A stretch of DNA of 64,000 bases from an uncultured Actinomycetes bacterium (lineage in GTDB: Bacteria; Actinomycetota; Actinomycetes; S36-B12; CAIYMF01), in NCBI GenBank assembly GCA_963777855.1, contig CAVZRW010000001.1:63679-127678 (forward strand), in the 5' to 3' direction. Below the pieces are notes generated by a model. That model was not told the DNA's origin. It worked only from the letters and a program-made list of their open reading frames with translations, and made no database searches. Of this stretch, positions 31,939-42,122 are shown piece by piece. Position 1 is the stretch's first letter. Each line of letters begins with the position of its first letter. A program made the position numbers and the translations under genes.

Positions 31939-33992
31939 CCGGCAGCGAGGACCTGGCCGACGGGATCGTCGAGGCGGTCGGCGGCCCGGGCAACATCCGC
32001 TCGGTGGGCCACTGCACGACCCGCCTGCGCCTGGGCCTGGTCGACCGGGCGCGGGCGGACCGGGACTCGGTCCGTGCCCTGCCCGGGATCATGAGCACGG
32101 TCGAGCGGGGCGGGCAGTTCCAGGTGGTCGTGGGCCACCAGGTCGCCGAGGTCGACGCTCGCGTGCGCGCCCTCGTGGCCGAGGCCAACCAGGGGCGTGC
32201 CCCGGACGAGGCACCCCCGCCGGGGTCGCTGGTGGACCGGGCGTTCGCCCTGTTCATGGGCACCTTCCAGCCGCTGCTGTGGGCGCTGGTCGGGGCCAGC
32301 ATGGTGCGCACGATGCTCTCGGTGGCCGTGCGCCTGGACTGGATCGATCCGAGCAGCGGCACCTTCGCGGTCTGGGCCGGCGCGGGTGGGGCGGTGTTCG
32401 TGCTGCTGCCGGTGTTCGTCGGCATCACCGCCTCCACGACCCTCGGCGCGAACCCGTACGTCGGAGGCGCCATCGGGGCCGCGCTGGTGGCCGGAACCCT
32501 GGCCGAGTTCGGCGAACCCGGCACCCGGACCGCGTTCCTGGGCATCCCGCTGAGCCTGGCGGACTACACCTCCTCGGTGTTCCCGGCGATGCTCGCCGCG
32601 GTCGGCCTGGCGGTTCTGGAGGGCTGGTTGCGCCGGGTGCTGCCCCGGGACCTGCACCTGGTGGCCGTCCCGGCGCTGTGCCTGGCGGTGCTCGTGCCCG
32701 CGACTGTGCTGCTGTTCGGCCCGATCGGCACGTTCGTCGGCCGCGCGATCGCCGAGGCCGTGACCACGCTCAACGAGTTCAGCCCTGTGCTCACCGGGGC
32801 GCTGTACGCCGCCGGGTTCATGTTCATGGTGATGCTGGGCCTGCACTGGGCCACGCTGCCCGCGATCCTGGCCGGCCTCGCTGCCGACGGCGCCGATCCG
32901 TTGCCCGCCTACATGGGGGCGGCGAACTTCGCCGTGTTCGGCATCGCCCTGGGCGTGGCGGTGCGCACCCGCGACGTGTCGCTGCGCCAGCTGGGCACCA
33001 GCGGCGTGGTGACCGGGCTGCTGGCCGGGATCTCCGAGCCCACCGTGTACGGGATCCTGCTCCGGTTCCGTCGCACGCTGCCGATCATGGTGGCCGCCGC
33101 GGCCCTCGGCGGGGCCATCCTCGGCCTGGGCCGGGTCGAGTCCACGGCGTTCGCGTTCTCCAACCTCTTCACGATCCCGGCCATGACTCCGACCGGGGCC
33201 TACGTGCTGGGCATCGGGGTCGCGTTCACGGTGGCGGCCGTGTCGGTGGTGGTGCTCGGGTACGAGGACCGGCGGGCTCCGGTGGCCGGGGAGCTGGGGG
33301 AGGGGTCGGCGCAGAAGCCGGCGGAGGGCGCGGTACTGGCGCAGGCGCCGGCTGTCGAGGCTGTGCCGGGGGTGCCGCCGGCGGCCGAGGTCCTGCCTGG
33401 CGTGCTGCCGGGTGAGGTGGCGGTTGCCGCGGGGAGGGGCACCCCGGCGGCCGCAGCCGGAGACCGGCTGGTCGAGGTCGAGGCCACGGCCGCCACGGCC
33501 GCCGACCTCACGGCGGTGACGATCCTGGCCCCGTTCGCCGGTGTCGTCGTGCCGCTCGCCGAGGTCGCGGATCCGGTCTTCGCGAAGGGTCTGCTCGGAC
33601 CCGGGGTGGCGATCCGGCCCTCTGGCGGAGCGCTCGTGCGCTCGCCGGCCGAGGGCCGGATCACCTCGGTGGCGCGCGCCAAGCACGCGATCGGCCTCAC
33701 CACGCCCAGCGGAGTCGACATGGTGATCCACATCGGGCTGGACACCGTGCACCTCGCGGGCCGCCACTTCGAGGTCCTGGTCCGCACCGGGGACCCGGTG
33801 GTCGCCGGCCAGCCGATCGCGTATGCCGACTTCCCGGCGCTGATCGCCGAGGGGTTCGACCCCACGACGCCGGTCGTGGTCACCAGCGCCCGTGGGCTCC
33901 GCGCCCCCGAGGTCGTGGCGAGGACCGTGGTCGAGGCCGGCCAGCCGCTGCTTCGGGCGGTGCCGGCCCCCGCCCGCGAGCCCGGCGCCTGA
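31935..33992 (+). CDS. Second PTS glucoside-family EIIB-EIIC-EIIA permease, with an Ala/Pro/Gly-rich C-A linker
   Basis: Track ORF 31935..33992. The GTG start overlaps the bglG stop (GTGA). EIIB VGHCTTRLRL; EIIC GISEPTVYGI; EIIA HIGLDTVHLAGRHF. Confidence 0.9.
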   Translation: MTGSEDLADGIVEAVGGPGNIRSVGHCTTRLRLGLVDRARADRDSVRALPGIMSTVERGGQFQVVVGHQVAEVDARVRALVAEANQGRAPDEAPPPGSLVDRAFALFMGTFQPLLWALVGASMVRTMLSVAVRLDWIDPSSGTFAVWAGAGGAVFVLLPVFVGITASTTLGANPYVGGAIGAALVAGTLAEFGEPGTRTAFLGIPLSLADYTSSVFPAMLAAVGLAVLEGWLRRVLPRDLHLVAVPALCLAVLVPATVLLFGPIGTFVGRAIAEAVTTLNEFSPVLTGALYAAGFMFMVMLGLHWATLPAILAGLAADGADPLPAYMGAANFAVFGIALGVAVRTRDVSLRQLGTSGVVTGLLAGISEPTVYGILLRFRRTLPIMVAAAALGGAILGLGRVESTAFAFSNLFTIPAMTPTGAYVLGIGVAFTVAAVSVVVLGYEDRRAPVAGELGEGSAQKPAEGAVLAQAPAVEAVPGVPPAAEVLPGVLPGEVAVAAGRGTPAAAAGDRLVEVEATAATAADLTAVTILAPFAGVVVPLAEVADPVFAKGLLGPGVAIRPSGGALVRSPAEGRITSVARAKHAIGLTTPSGVDMVIHIGLDTVHLAGRHFEVLVRTGDPVVAGQPIAYADFPALIAEGFDPTTPVVVTSARGLRAPEVVARTVVEAGQPLLRAVPAPAREPGA

Positions 33993-33998
33993 GCGCAA

Positions 33999-34074
33999 GC
34001 CCCGGATCCAGCCCGCGGCCCCGGATCCAGCCCGCGAGCCCTGATCCTGCCCGCGAGCCCAGTGCGTGCCCGCC
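33999..34074. repeat. 19-bp tandem repeat, two identical plus two decaying copies
   Basis: gccccggatccagcccgcg occurs at 33999-34017 and 34018-34036. It is followed by agccctgatcctgcccgcg (15/19 match) and agcccagtgcgtgcccgcc. The array lies immediately 3' of the PTS stop. Confidence 0.8.
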
Positions 34075-34232
34075 AGCCCGGGGCCTGGACCCAGGCCAGG
34101 CGCCCGAGCCGTGGCCCATCTCCGCGTGATCAGCCCGCCCGCGCGCCGCACGCCCCCGCGAGGACGGTGGGTCCGTTCGGGCGTAGTGTCGAGAGTCGCG
34201 GAGTCACCCAGGCTCCCCATCTGGGAGTCACC

Positions 34233-34367
34233 ATGGCGGACAAGTCCCCACGGCAACACATGTCCAAGAAGACCGGCAAGTCCATCAAGGAGAAGCGGGC
34301 TGAGAAGCAGGCCAAGACCGCGCAGCACAACCAGGTGCAGTCCACGCTTCCCGACAAGAAGCGGTAG
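34233..34367 (+). CDS. Small, highly basic hypothetical protein (44 aa)
   Basis: ATG 34233 follows GGGAG. The product is MADKSPRQHMSKKTGKSIKEKRAEKQAKTAQHNQVQSTLPDKKR. Its Lys-rich, low-GC codon choice contrasts with the Arg-rich shadow ORFs of this genome. Confidence 0.55.
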   Translation: MADKSPRQHMSKKTGKSIKEKRAEKQAKTAQHNQVQSTLPDKKR

Positions 34368-34399
34368 CTGCCCGTCTGGGCTCAGGAGGCGGCTGTCCC

Positions 34400-35377
34400 T
34401 CAGGCCGGTTGGAGGATCTCCGACTCGAGGCGCAGGTAGCTGGTCTCCATGCCGCCGGTCATCCCGGTGGCGAGCACCATGTCGCGGATCTCGGCGCTCG
34501 GGTAGGTGATCACGATGCTCAGCAGCGTGCCGGCCTCGACCGGGGTCAGGGTCATCTCGTTGAGGGTGGCCGGCCCCTCCATCCCGATCATGTGCTCGGT
34601 CGTGACCGCCCGGTGGGGCGGAGCACTGGCGAGCAGCTCGCCGGTGAAGCCGAAGCGCTGCGTGCCGTCGAGCGACTCCCACTCGTACCGGTAGTGCTGG
34701 CCCACCCCGGTCGCCACCTCGCACACCGGCATGGTCCAGCCGTCGGGGCCGAGCAGCCAGCGCTGCATCAGCGCGGCCTCGTGATGGGCGGCCCACACCT
34801 GCTCGACGGTGCCGCGGATGACGCGGCTGACCCGCACCTGGGTGTCGCTGAGGATCTGGGCCTCGACGGCGTGCTCCGCGGCGAACGTGGCCAGATCGGC
34901 CAGTGCGGCGTCCATCTGGGCCATGGCCTCGCGCATTCCCTGCTCCATGCCCATGGCGATCAGCTGATCGAGGTCCTCCACGGAGTTGAACCAGGTGGTC
35001 GTGGTGACCTGGGACCCGGCGTCGGTCGCGGAGAAGCGGAACACCATCCGCATGGAGGGCAGCTCGGCGTTGGCCCCGCCGTCGGGGGCGGCGAACCCGT
35101 CGCGAACCTCGAAGGACTCCAGGGGTGCCACGGCCAGGAACTCCCAGTAGCCGCGGGACTCGTCGCCCTCCGGGCCGGTCATCACGTACTCGCTGCGCCC
35201 GCCGGGGTACATGTCGTGGCGGGTGAAGCGGGCGGGGTAGGTCGGCGGACCCCAGAACCGCTCGAGCTGGCGCGGGTCGGCGTAGGCGTCCCACAGCCGC
35301 TGGACGGGGACGGGGAACTCGGCCACCACCGTCATGGTGAGGGCGGCGGGGTCCTTGCTGACGGAGGTGATGGGCAT
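34400..35377 (-). CDS. SRPBCC-superfamily protein with two tandem AHSA1/START-like domains
   Basis: Track ORF 34400..35410, with the ATG at 35377. The FPVPVQRLWDAYADPRQLERFW and RGTVEQVWAAHHEAALMQRWL blocks each open one domain. Confidence 0.8.
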   Translation of the reverse strand: MPITSVSKDPAALTMTVVAEFPVPVQRLWDAYADPRQLERFWGPPTYPARFTRHDMYPGGRSEYVMTGPEGDESRGYWEFLAVAPLESFEVRDGFAAPDGGANAELPSMRMVFRFSATDAGSQVTTTTWFNSVEDLDQLIAMGMEQGMREAMAQMDAALADLATFAAEHAVEAQILSDTQVRVSRVIRGTVEQVWAAHHEAALMQRWLLGPDGWTMPVCEVATGVGQHYRYEWESLDGTQRFGFTGELLASAPPHRAVTTEHMIGMEGPATLNEMTLTPVEAGTLLSIVITYPSAEIRDMVLATGMTGGMETSYLRLESEILQPA

Positions 35378-35406
35378 CGTGGGTCCTTCGGGTGGGTGGG
35401 TGGGGA

Positions 35407-35760
35407 TCATTGAGCGTCGTCGGTGAGCAGCGCGTCGAGTCGGGCGACCCGATCGCGCCAGAGCGCCTCGAACTGGTCGAGCAGGCCCTGTGCCCGTCGG
35501 ATCGTCTCGGGGTTGCCCCGGACGAGTCGTTCACGGCCGTGCGGTTGCTTGGTGATGAGGCCTGCTCCCTCCAGGACGGCGACGTGCTTCTGCACCGCCG
35601 CGAACGACATGTCGTAAGCACCGGCCAGCTGCGACACGCTGACCTCGCCGACCAGGGTGCGCCGGACGATGTCGCGCCGGGTCCTGTCGGCCAGGGCGCG
35701 GAAGATCCGGTCCACCTCGTCGTCGGAGAGGGAGCTCGTCGCCTGCTGATATACAACCAT
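35407..35760 (-). CDS. ArsR/SmtB-family winged-helix regulator
   Basis: Track ORF 35407..35877, with the ATG at 35760. Motif: IFRALADRTRRDIVRRTL..EVSVSQLAGAYDMSFAAVQKHVAVLEGAGLI. Confidence 0.85.
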   Translation of the reverse strand: MVVYQQATSSLSDDEVDRIFRALADRTRRDIVRRTLVGEVSVSQLAGAYDMSFAAVQKHVAVLEGAGLITKQPHGRERLVRGNPETIRRAQGLLDQFEALWRDRVARLDALLTDDAQ

Positions 35761-35770
35761 CAGGTTGTAC
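35751..35770. promoter_or_regulatory. Inverted repeat overlapping the ArsR start codon (candidate auto-operator)
   Basis: The sequence is atacaacc-atca-ggttgtac, with 7 of 8 arm positions complementary. Confidence 0.4.
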
Positions 35771-35875
35771 GTTAGCGCACCCCGGCGCGCGTGGCCACCC
35801 CCCGCGCCGAACCGTCCTGGTCCGCGATCGGGCTGCTCGGTGCGCGCGAGCCCACGGGCCCGGCGAGAATGAGCC

Positions 35876-36736
35876 ATGACCGAGCCTGAGCGCGTGCCAT
35901 CCGCCGAGGATCCTCGGGTCCGCGTCGCACGACTGTTCGACGACGTGGCCGACAGCTACGACGAGGTGGGTGTCGCGTTCTTCGAGCCCATCGCCCAGGG
36001 GCTGGTCGAGGCCCTCGCGCCGGCAACCGGCGAGCGGGTCGCGGATCTCGGGTGCGGCAAGGGGGCGTTCCTGCTACCGGCGGCCCGAGCCGTCGGCCCC
36101 GCGGGGAGGGCGCTCGGGGTGGACGCGTCGACGGCGATGGTCGACGCCGCGCGCCGGGCGGTGGATGCCGCGGGCCTCGGCCACGTCGAGGTGGCGGTCG
36201 GCGATGCGCAGGCCCCGGACCTGCCTGCGGCCGCCTTCGACGTGCTGGCGGCGTCCCTGGTGCTGTTCTTCCTGCCCGACCCTGCCGCGGCACTCGCGTC
36301 GTGGTCTGCGGCTCTGGCGCCGGGTGGGCGGCTCGGGCTCAGCACGTTCGGCCCGCAGGACGAGGTCTGGCGATCCGTCGATGACGTGTTCACCGCCTAC
36401 CTGCCGCCGGCGATGCTCGATGCTCGGACCAGCGGTGCTCGGGGGCCGTTCGCCTCCGATGCCGCGATGGAGTCACTGGTGGCCGGCGCAGGGTTCTCCG
36501 ACGTGCGCACGGTCGTCACCGACCTGCCCGTGCGCTTCGCCGATGTCGAGCAGTGGCAGGCGTTCAGCCTCTCCACGGGCCAGCGGGCCATGTGGCGGGC
36601 CGTGCCTGAGCCGCAGCGGCCCGCGGTGCTGGCCGAGGCCGCGCGGCGGCTTGCACCGGCCGAGGATCCCGCGGGTGGGTACGTGGTGCACCAGCAGGTT
36701 CGCTACACCCTGGCCGCCCGGCCGAGCGTCGCCTGA
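35876..36736 (+). CDS. Class I SAM-dependent methyltransferase
   Basis: Track ORF 35876..36736. Motif I VADLGCGKG; VDASTAMV; LVLFFLPDP; PGGRLGLSTFG. Confidence 0.85.
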   Translation: MTEPERVPSAEDPRVRVARLFDDVADSYDEVGVAFFEPIAQGLVEALAPATGERVADLGCGKGAFLLPAARAVGPAGRALGVDASTAMVDAARRAVDAAGLGHVEVAVGDAQAPDLPAAAFDVLAASLVLFFLPDPAAALASWSAALAPGGRLGLSTFGPQDEVWRSVDDVFTAYLPPAMLDARTSGARGPFASDAAMESLVAGAGFSDVRTVVTDLPVRFADVEQWQAFSLSTGQRAMWRAVPEPQRPAVLAEAARRLAPAEDPAGGYVVHQQVRYTLAARPSVA

Positions 36737-37055
36737 CCCAGCGCCACCCCGCCTGGGCGAGGGCGAACGGCGCCCACACCGCCCGTTCCACACCCGAGCG
36801 TGAGGCCAGGTTCATCGCGAGTGACGTCGGTCAGCGCCATCACGTCGCCGAGCGGTCGCCGCCGCGGAGAAGTCGCCAACCCCAGATCACGGTGTCCGCG
36901 GGGTGAGCATGCCTCGGCAGCGCAGCTGGCCTGGGCCGGGGAGGCGTCGGCCGCGCTCGATGGCACCGCGTAGGCCGCCTTGTGTCCGCGGTCGGGGTGT
37001 GTGACATTGAGCACCCCCCAGGGTGATCGTGGAGGTACCGGTGGCTGCTGCGAGC

Positions 37056-38277
37056 ATGCGCGCGCATCGTCGCAGCCTCACCGACGCCTGGGAGCGGTTC
37101 CAGAACCGTGGAGCGGTCGAGGGAGTGCGCCCTGACGTCGCCGCCTCGTGGGACCGCAGCCTCATCCGGCTGTCGCCGGGCGTCGATTCGGCCCCCGTCG
37201 ATCCCGAGGAGCGGGTGCACCGCGACTGGGAGAGCTCGCCCCTGCGCGAGGCCCTGGCCCCGGTCGCCGAGGATGTCGAGCGCACGGCCCGGGACTTCGA
37301 CCTCGTGGCGGCGCTGACTGACGAGTCCGGGCGGATCCTGTGGTCCGCGGGGGGTCGGCACATGCGCGACCGGGCCGCCTCGGTCAACTTCGTCCCGGGC
37401 GGGCACTGGGATGAGGCCAGCGTCGGCACCAACGCACTGGACCTGGCCCTGCGCACGGGTCGGCCCGCGACGGTCTTCTCCGCCGAGCACTTCAGCCCGT
37501 TCGTGCACGGCTGGGCCTGCTACGCCGCACCGGTCACCGACCCCGAGGAGGGCCGGGTCCTGGGCGTGCTCGACCTCTCGACCACCTGGGATCGCGCGCA
37601 CCCGATGGCGCTGGCCACAGTGACCGCCTTCGCCCGCACGCTGTCGCAGGTGGTGGGCGCGACCCTGCGCCGCCCGCTCGGGCTGGGTGCGCAGCAGATG
37701 CCGCCACCGGGGCTGCTGCGCCTGGAGGTCCTCGGCCGGCCCCGGCTGTGGCAGGACGGCACGCCGGTGATGCTCACCCAGCGACAGGCCGAGCTGCTGC
37801 TGGCCCTGGCGATGCATCCCGGCGGGCTGACGCTCGACGAGATCACGGCCCACGTCTACGGCGACGTCCCGGTCACGGCCACGACCGTGAAGGTCGAGGT
37901 CTCCCGGCTGCGCCGCGTGCTGCCCGGCGCGATCGAGTCCCGGCCGTACCGGATCAACACCACCCTGGCCGTCGACGCCCTCGACGTGCTCGCGCGGGTG
38001 GCCGCCGGGGATGCGCTCGGCGCCGTCGAGGCCTTCACCGGCGAGGTGCTGCCCACCTCGGAGTCCCCGGTCGCCCGCGACCTCGGCCTGCGGGTGGAGG
38101 TGGGCGGTGCGCAGCCTCGTGCTCAGCCGACGGGACGCGCCGGCGGCGACCCTCCTGGCGCGCCGGCGCCCCGACGACCTCGCCGTCGTGGACCACGCCC
38201 TGGGCCTGCTCCCCGCCGGCTCGCCGGATCGCGCCCTGCTCGAGGCGGGCCGAGCAGTCGCCCTGCGCGACGGCTGA
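37056..38277 (+). CDS. GAF-domain regulator with C-terminal winged-helix (OmpR/SARP-like) DNA-binding module; one frame change near the 3' end as assembled
   Basis: Track ORFs 37023..38360 and 38011..38277. N-terminal W.RF......GVRPDVAASWDRS followed by a GAF-like core (GTNALDLAL, VLGVLDLS). wHTH: LEVLGRPRLWQDGTPVMLTQRQAELLLALAMHPGGLTLDEI...VEVSRLRRVL. The plausible C-terminus AVRSLVLSRRDAPAATLLARRRPDDLAVVDHALGLL is in another frame from about 38092-38108. Confidence 0.65.
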
Positions 38278-38458
38278 ACCAACGCGCCCCCCAGCGCGCC
38301 GCACGGCCCCCCCGCGTGCCGCACGGCCCCCCCGCGTCGCCGCGACCTGCGGCGAGGTGATCCTCGGCGGGGAGTGCAACCTTCGTGCAACCACTGCGCG
38401 CCTACCGTCCGGAGCACCCGTTGTGACACCCGTCACACGACGACTCCAGGAGGACGAG

Positions 38459-39980
<1,522 letters not shown>

Positions 39981-40051
39981 ACCGGTCCGTGAGGTGCTCA
40001 CCGGCGGCGCGGTCTCGTATCGTGCCGCCGGTGACCCCGGGAGGAGGCACG

Positions 40052-40471
40052 ATGCTCGATGCGACGGGCCCGATCGACCGCGTGACCGCGACGGCGGAGG
40101 CGGTCGACCTCATCGACCGACTGGTGCGGATGCACGGGCCGGTGCTGTTCCACCAGTCCGGCGGGTGCTGCGACGGCAGCTCGCCGATGTGCTACCCGCG
40201 CGGGGAGTTCGTGATCGGCGAGTCCGACGTGCTGCTCGGTGTGCTGCCGGACCCGACAGCCTCGCCGTTCTACATGTGGGTGCCGCAGTTCGAGTACTGG
40301 TCGCACACCCACCTGACCCTGGATGTCGTGCCCGGCCGGGGCAGCGGGTTCTCCTTGGAGGCACCCGAGGGTGTGCGGTTCCTGATCCGCTCGCGGCTGT
40401 TCACCGACGCGGAGTCCGAGGGCCTCACCGAGCCGGTGCGCGTCGACGACCCGGCCGGCGCCGGCCTGTGA
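40052..40471 (+). CDS. DUF779-family protein (usual partner of this aldehyde dehydrogenase type)
   Basis: GGAGGAGG RBS, ATG 40052. Motifs: FHQSGGCCDGSSPMCYP, FEYW.HT.L..DVV.GRG.GFSLE. Confidence 0.8.
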   Translation: MLDATGPIDRVTATAEAVDLIDRLVRMHGPVLFHQSGGCCDGSSPMCYPRGEFVIGESDVLLGVLPDPTASPFYMWVPQFEYWSHTHLTLDVVPGRGSGFSLEAPEGVRFLIRSRLFTDAESEGLTEPVRVDDPAGAGL

Positions 40472-40501
40472 GCCGGGCGGCGCAGCGCCCCGGGGCCGCT
40501 C

Positions 40502-42115
40502 GTGGATGAGGTCCTCGAGTGGCTGCTGGCCGGGGATCCGGCGATCGGCTGGCAGGTGCAGCGGGACCTGACCGACGGCGACTGGCAGGGCACCCGTCTG
40601 CGGGTGGCCAGCGAGGGCTGGGGGTCCCAGATCCTCAGCCACCGTCGCGCCGACGGCACCTGGCCGACCGGCTGGTACTCCCCGAAGTGGACCTCCACGT
40701 TCTACTCGCTGCAGGTCCTGCAGCAGCTCGGCGTTCCGGCGCCGGAGTCCGTGCGCGCGCTGCTCGGCCAGGGCCTGCGCCCCGACGGGACGTTCCTGCC
40801 CTGGTCCTCAGGGCGGGAGGACGTCTGCGTTCGGGCGATGATGCTGACGATGGCCACCGGGGCCGCGGTGGCGATGCCGGGGGCCGTCGAACGCCTGCTG
40901 GCCGACCAGTTGCCCGACGGTGGGTGGAACTGCCAGCGACAGGCCACGCACGCCTCCTTCCACACCACGATCAGCACGCTGGAGGCGTTGGCCCCGTTCG
41001 AGTCGACCCAGTCCGAGGTGGCCCACGCGGCCGCGGCCGGACGCGAGTTCCTCCTGGCGCACCGGCTGTTCCGCTCGCACCGCACCGGCGAGGTCGCCCG
41101 GGAGTCCTTCACCCGGTTCTCGTTCCCGCACTACTGGTACTACGACGTGCTGCGGGCCCTGGAGTACTGGCGGGCCTTCGCCTGGGACCCGCGGCTGGAT
41201 GAGGCCGTGGGGCTGGTGGCGCGCAAGCGCCGTGCCGGCCGGTGGACCCTGCAGGGCACGCACCCGGGACAGACCTGGGTCGACATGGAACGCGCCGGTG
41301 CACCCAGCCGCTGGAACACCCTGCGGGCCCTGCGCGTGCTGGCATGGGCCGACCGGGCGTCCGCCGCGTCGGGTTGGGAACGTCGTCACCGGGAGACCTC
41401 GATGAAGGGGTGGGACTTCGCGAGGCTCGACGGCCGGATGTCGGCCGAGGATCCGCCGTGGGACTTCGAGGCGATCTGCGCCGCCGCCATGGCCGACCGC
41501 GATGGGCCCGTCCTGGACCTGGGCACCGGGGGAGGGGAGCGCCTGGCCGAGCTGGGCGAGGCCCTGGGCTCGCGCCGGCCTGCTCGGGTGACGGCGACGG
41601 AGGGATGGGCGCCCAACCTGGCCGTGGCCCGGCGGCGGCTGGCCCCGCTGGGCATCGAGGTCGTGCCCTACGACAGCCAGACCCAGCCGAGGATGCCGTT
41701 CCCGGATCGTGCCCTCAGCCTGGTGATGGCACGCCACGAGTCCTACGACCCGGCAGAGATTGCTCGGATTCTGGCCCCGGGCGGGGTGTTCCTCACCCAG
41801 CAGGTCGATGGGCGCGACTGTCCGGAGCTGAGCACCTGGTTCGGCAGGCCACCGGAGTACCCGCAGGTGCGCCTCGAGCCGTTCCGGGAGGCCCTGGCCG
41901 CCGGCGGGCTCGTGATCGGCCGGTCCGCGCACTGGCAGGGGGCGATGGTCCTCGAGGACGTCGACGCCCTGGTCGAGTACCTGGCGCTGGTGCCGTGGGC
42001 CGTGCCGGGGTTCCAGGTCGCCGACCATGTGCCGACCCTGCAACGGCTGCAGGACGGCGCACCGATCCGGCTCACGCTGCGCCGGTTCTGGATCGAGGCC
42101 CGCCGCCCCCGGTGA
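40502..42115 (+). CDS. Single ORF combining a prenyltransferase/terpene-cyclase-like alpha-alpha-toroid domain (N) and a class I SAM methyltransferase (C); possibly two genes
   Basis: Track ORF 40502..42115. The N half has repeated DG.W motifs (RRADGTWPTGW, LRPDGTFLPW, QLPDGGWNC) and FSFPHYWYYDVLRAL. The C half starts at MKGWDFARLDG (ATG 41402) and carries VLDLGTGGGERL. In the +1 frame a TGA (41403-41405) overlaps that ATG. Confidence 0.6.
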   Translation: MDEVLEWLLAGDPAIGWQVQRDLTDGDWQGTRLRVASEGWGSQILSHRRADGTWPTGWYSPKWTSTFYSLQVLQQLGVPAPESVRALLGQGLRPDGTFLPWSSGREDVCVRAMMLTMATGAAVAMPGAVERLLADQLPDGGWNCQRQATHASFHTTISTLEALAPFESTQSEVAHAAAAGREFLLAHRLFRSHRTGEVARESFTRFSFPHYWYYDVLRALEYWRAFAWDPRLDEAVGLVARKRRAGRWTLQGTHPGQTWVDMERAGAPSRWNTLRALRVLAWADRASAASGWERRHRETSMKGWDFARLDGRMSAEDPPWDFEAICAAAMADRDGPVLDLGTGGGERLAELGEALGSRRPARVTATEGWAPNLAVARRRLAPLGIEVVPYDSQTQPRMPFPDRALSLVMARHESYDPAEIARILAPGGVFLTQQVDGRDCPELSTWFGRPPEYPQVRLEPFREALAAGGLVIGRSAHWQGAMVLEDVDALVEYLALVPWAVPGFQVADHVPTLQRLQDGAPIRLTLRRFWIEARRPR

Positions 42116-42122
42116 GGGCGCC

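Noticed and set aside
33999-34093. Possible CRISPR array, suggested by repeated 19-mers.
   Set aside because: The copies are directly adjacent with no spacers, they are too short, and they decay rapidly. No cas genes are present. I classify it as a simple tandem repeat.
31854-35756. 1300-aa minus-strand ORF spanning the second PTS permease, the small basic gene and the SRPBCC gene.
   Set aside because: It is Arg/Pro/Gly-rich low-complexity sequence. It crosses several well-supported genes on both strands and has no RBS or domain signature, so I treat it as an artefact of GC-rich sequence.
36737-37055. A 320-bp gap containing track ORFs 36703..37014 and 36840..38429 (minus strand).
   Set aside because: The ORFs have Arg/Gly/Ala-rich nonsense composition and no RBS. 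The region is most simply the promoter/leader of the GAF regulator.
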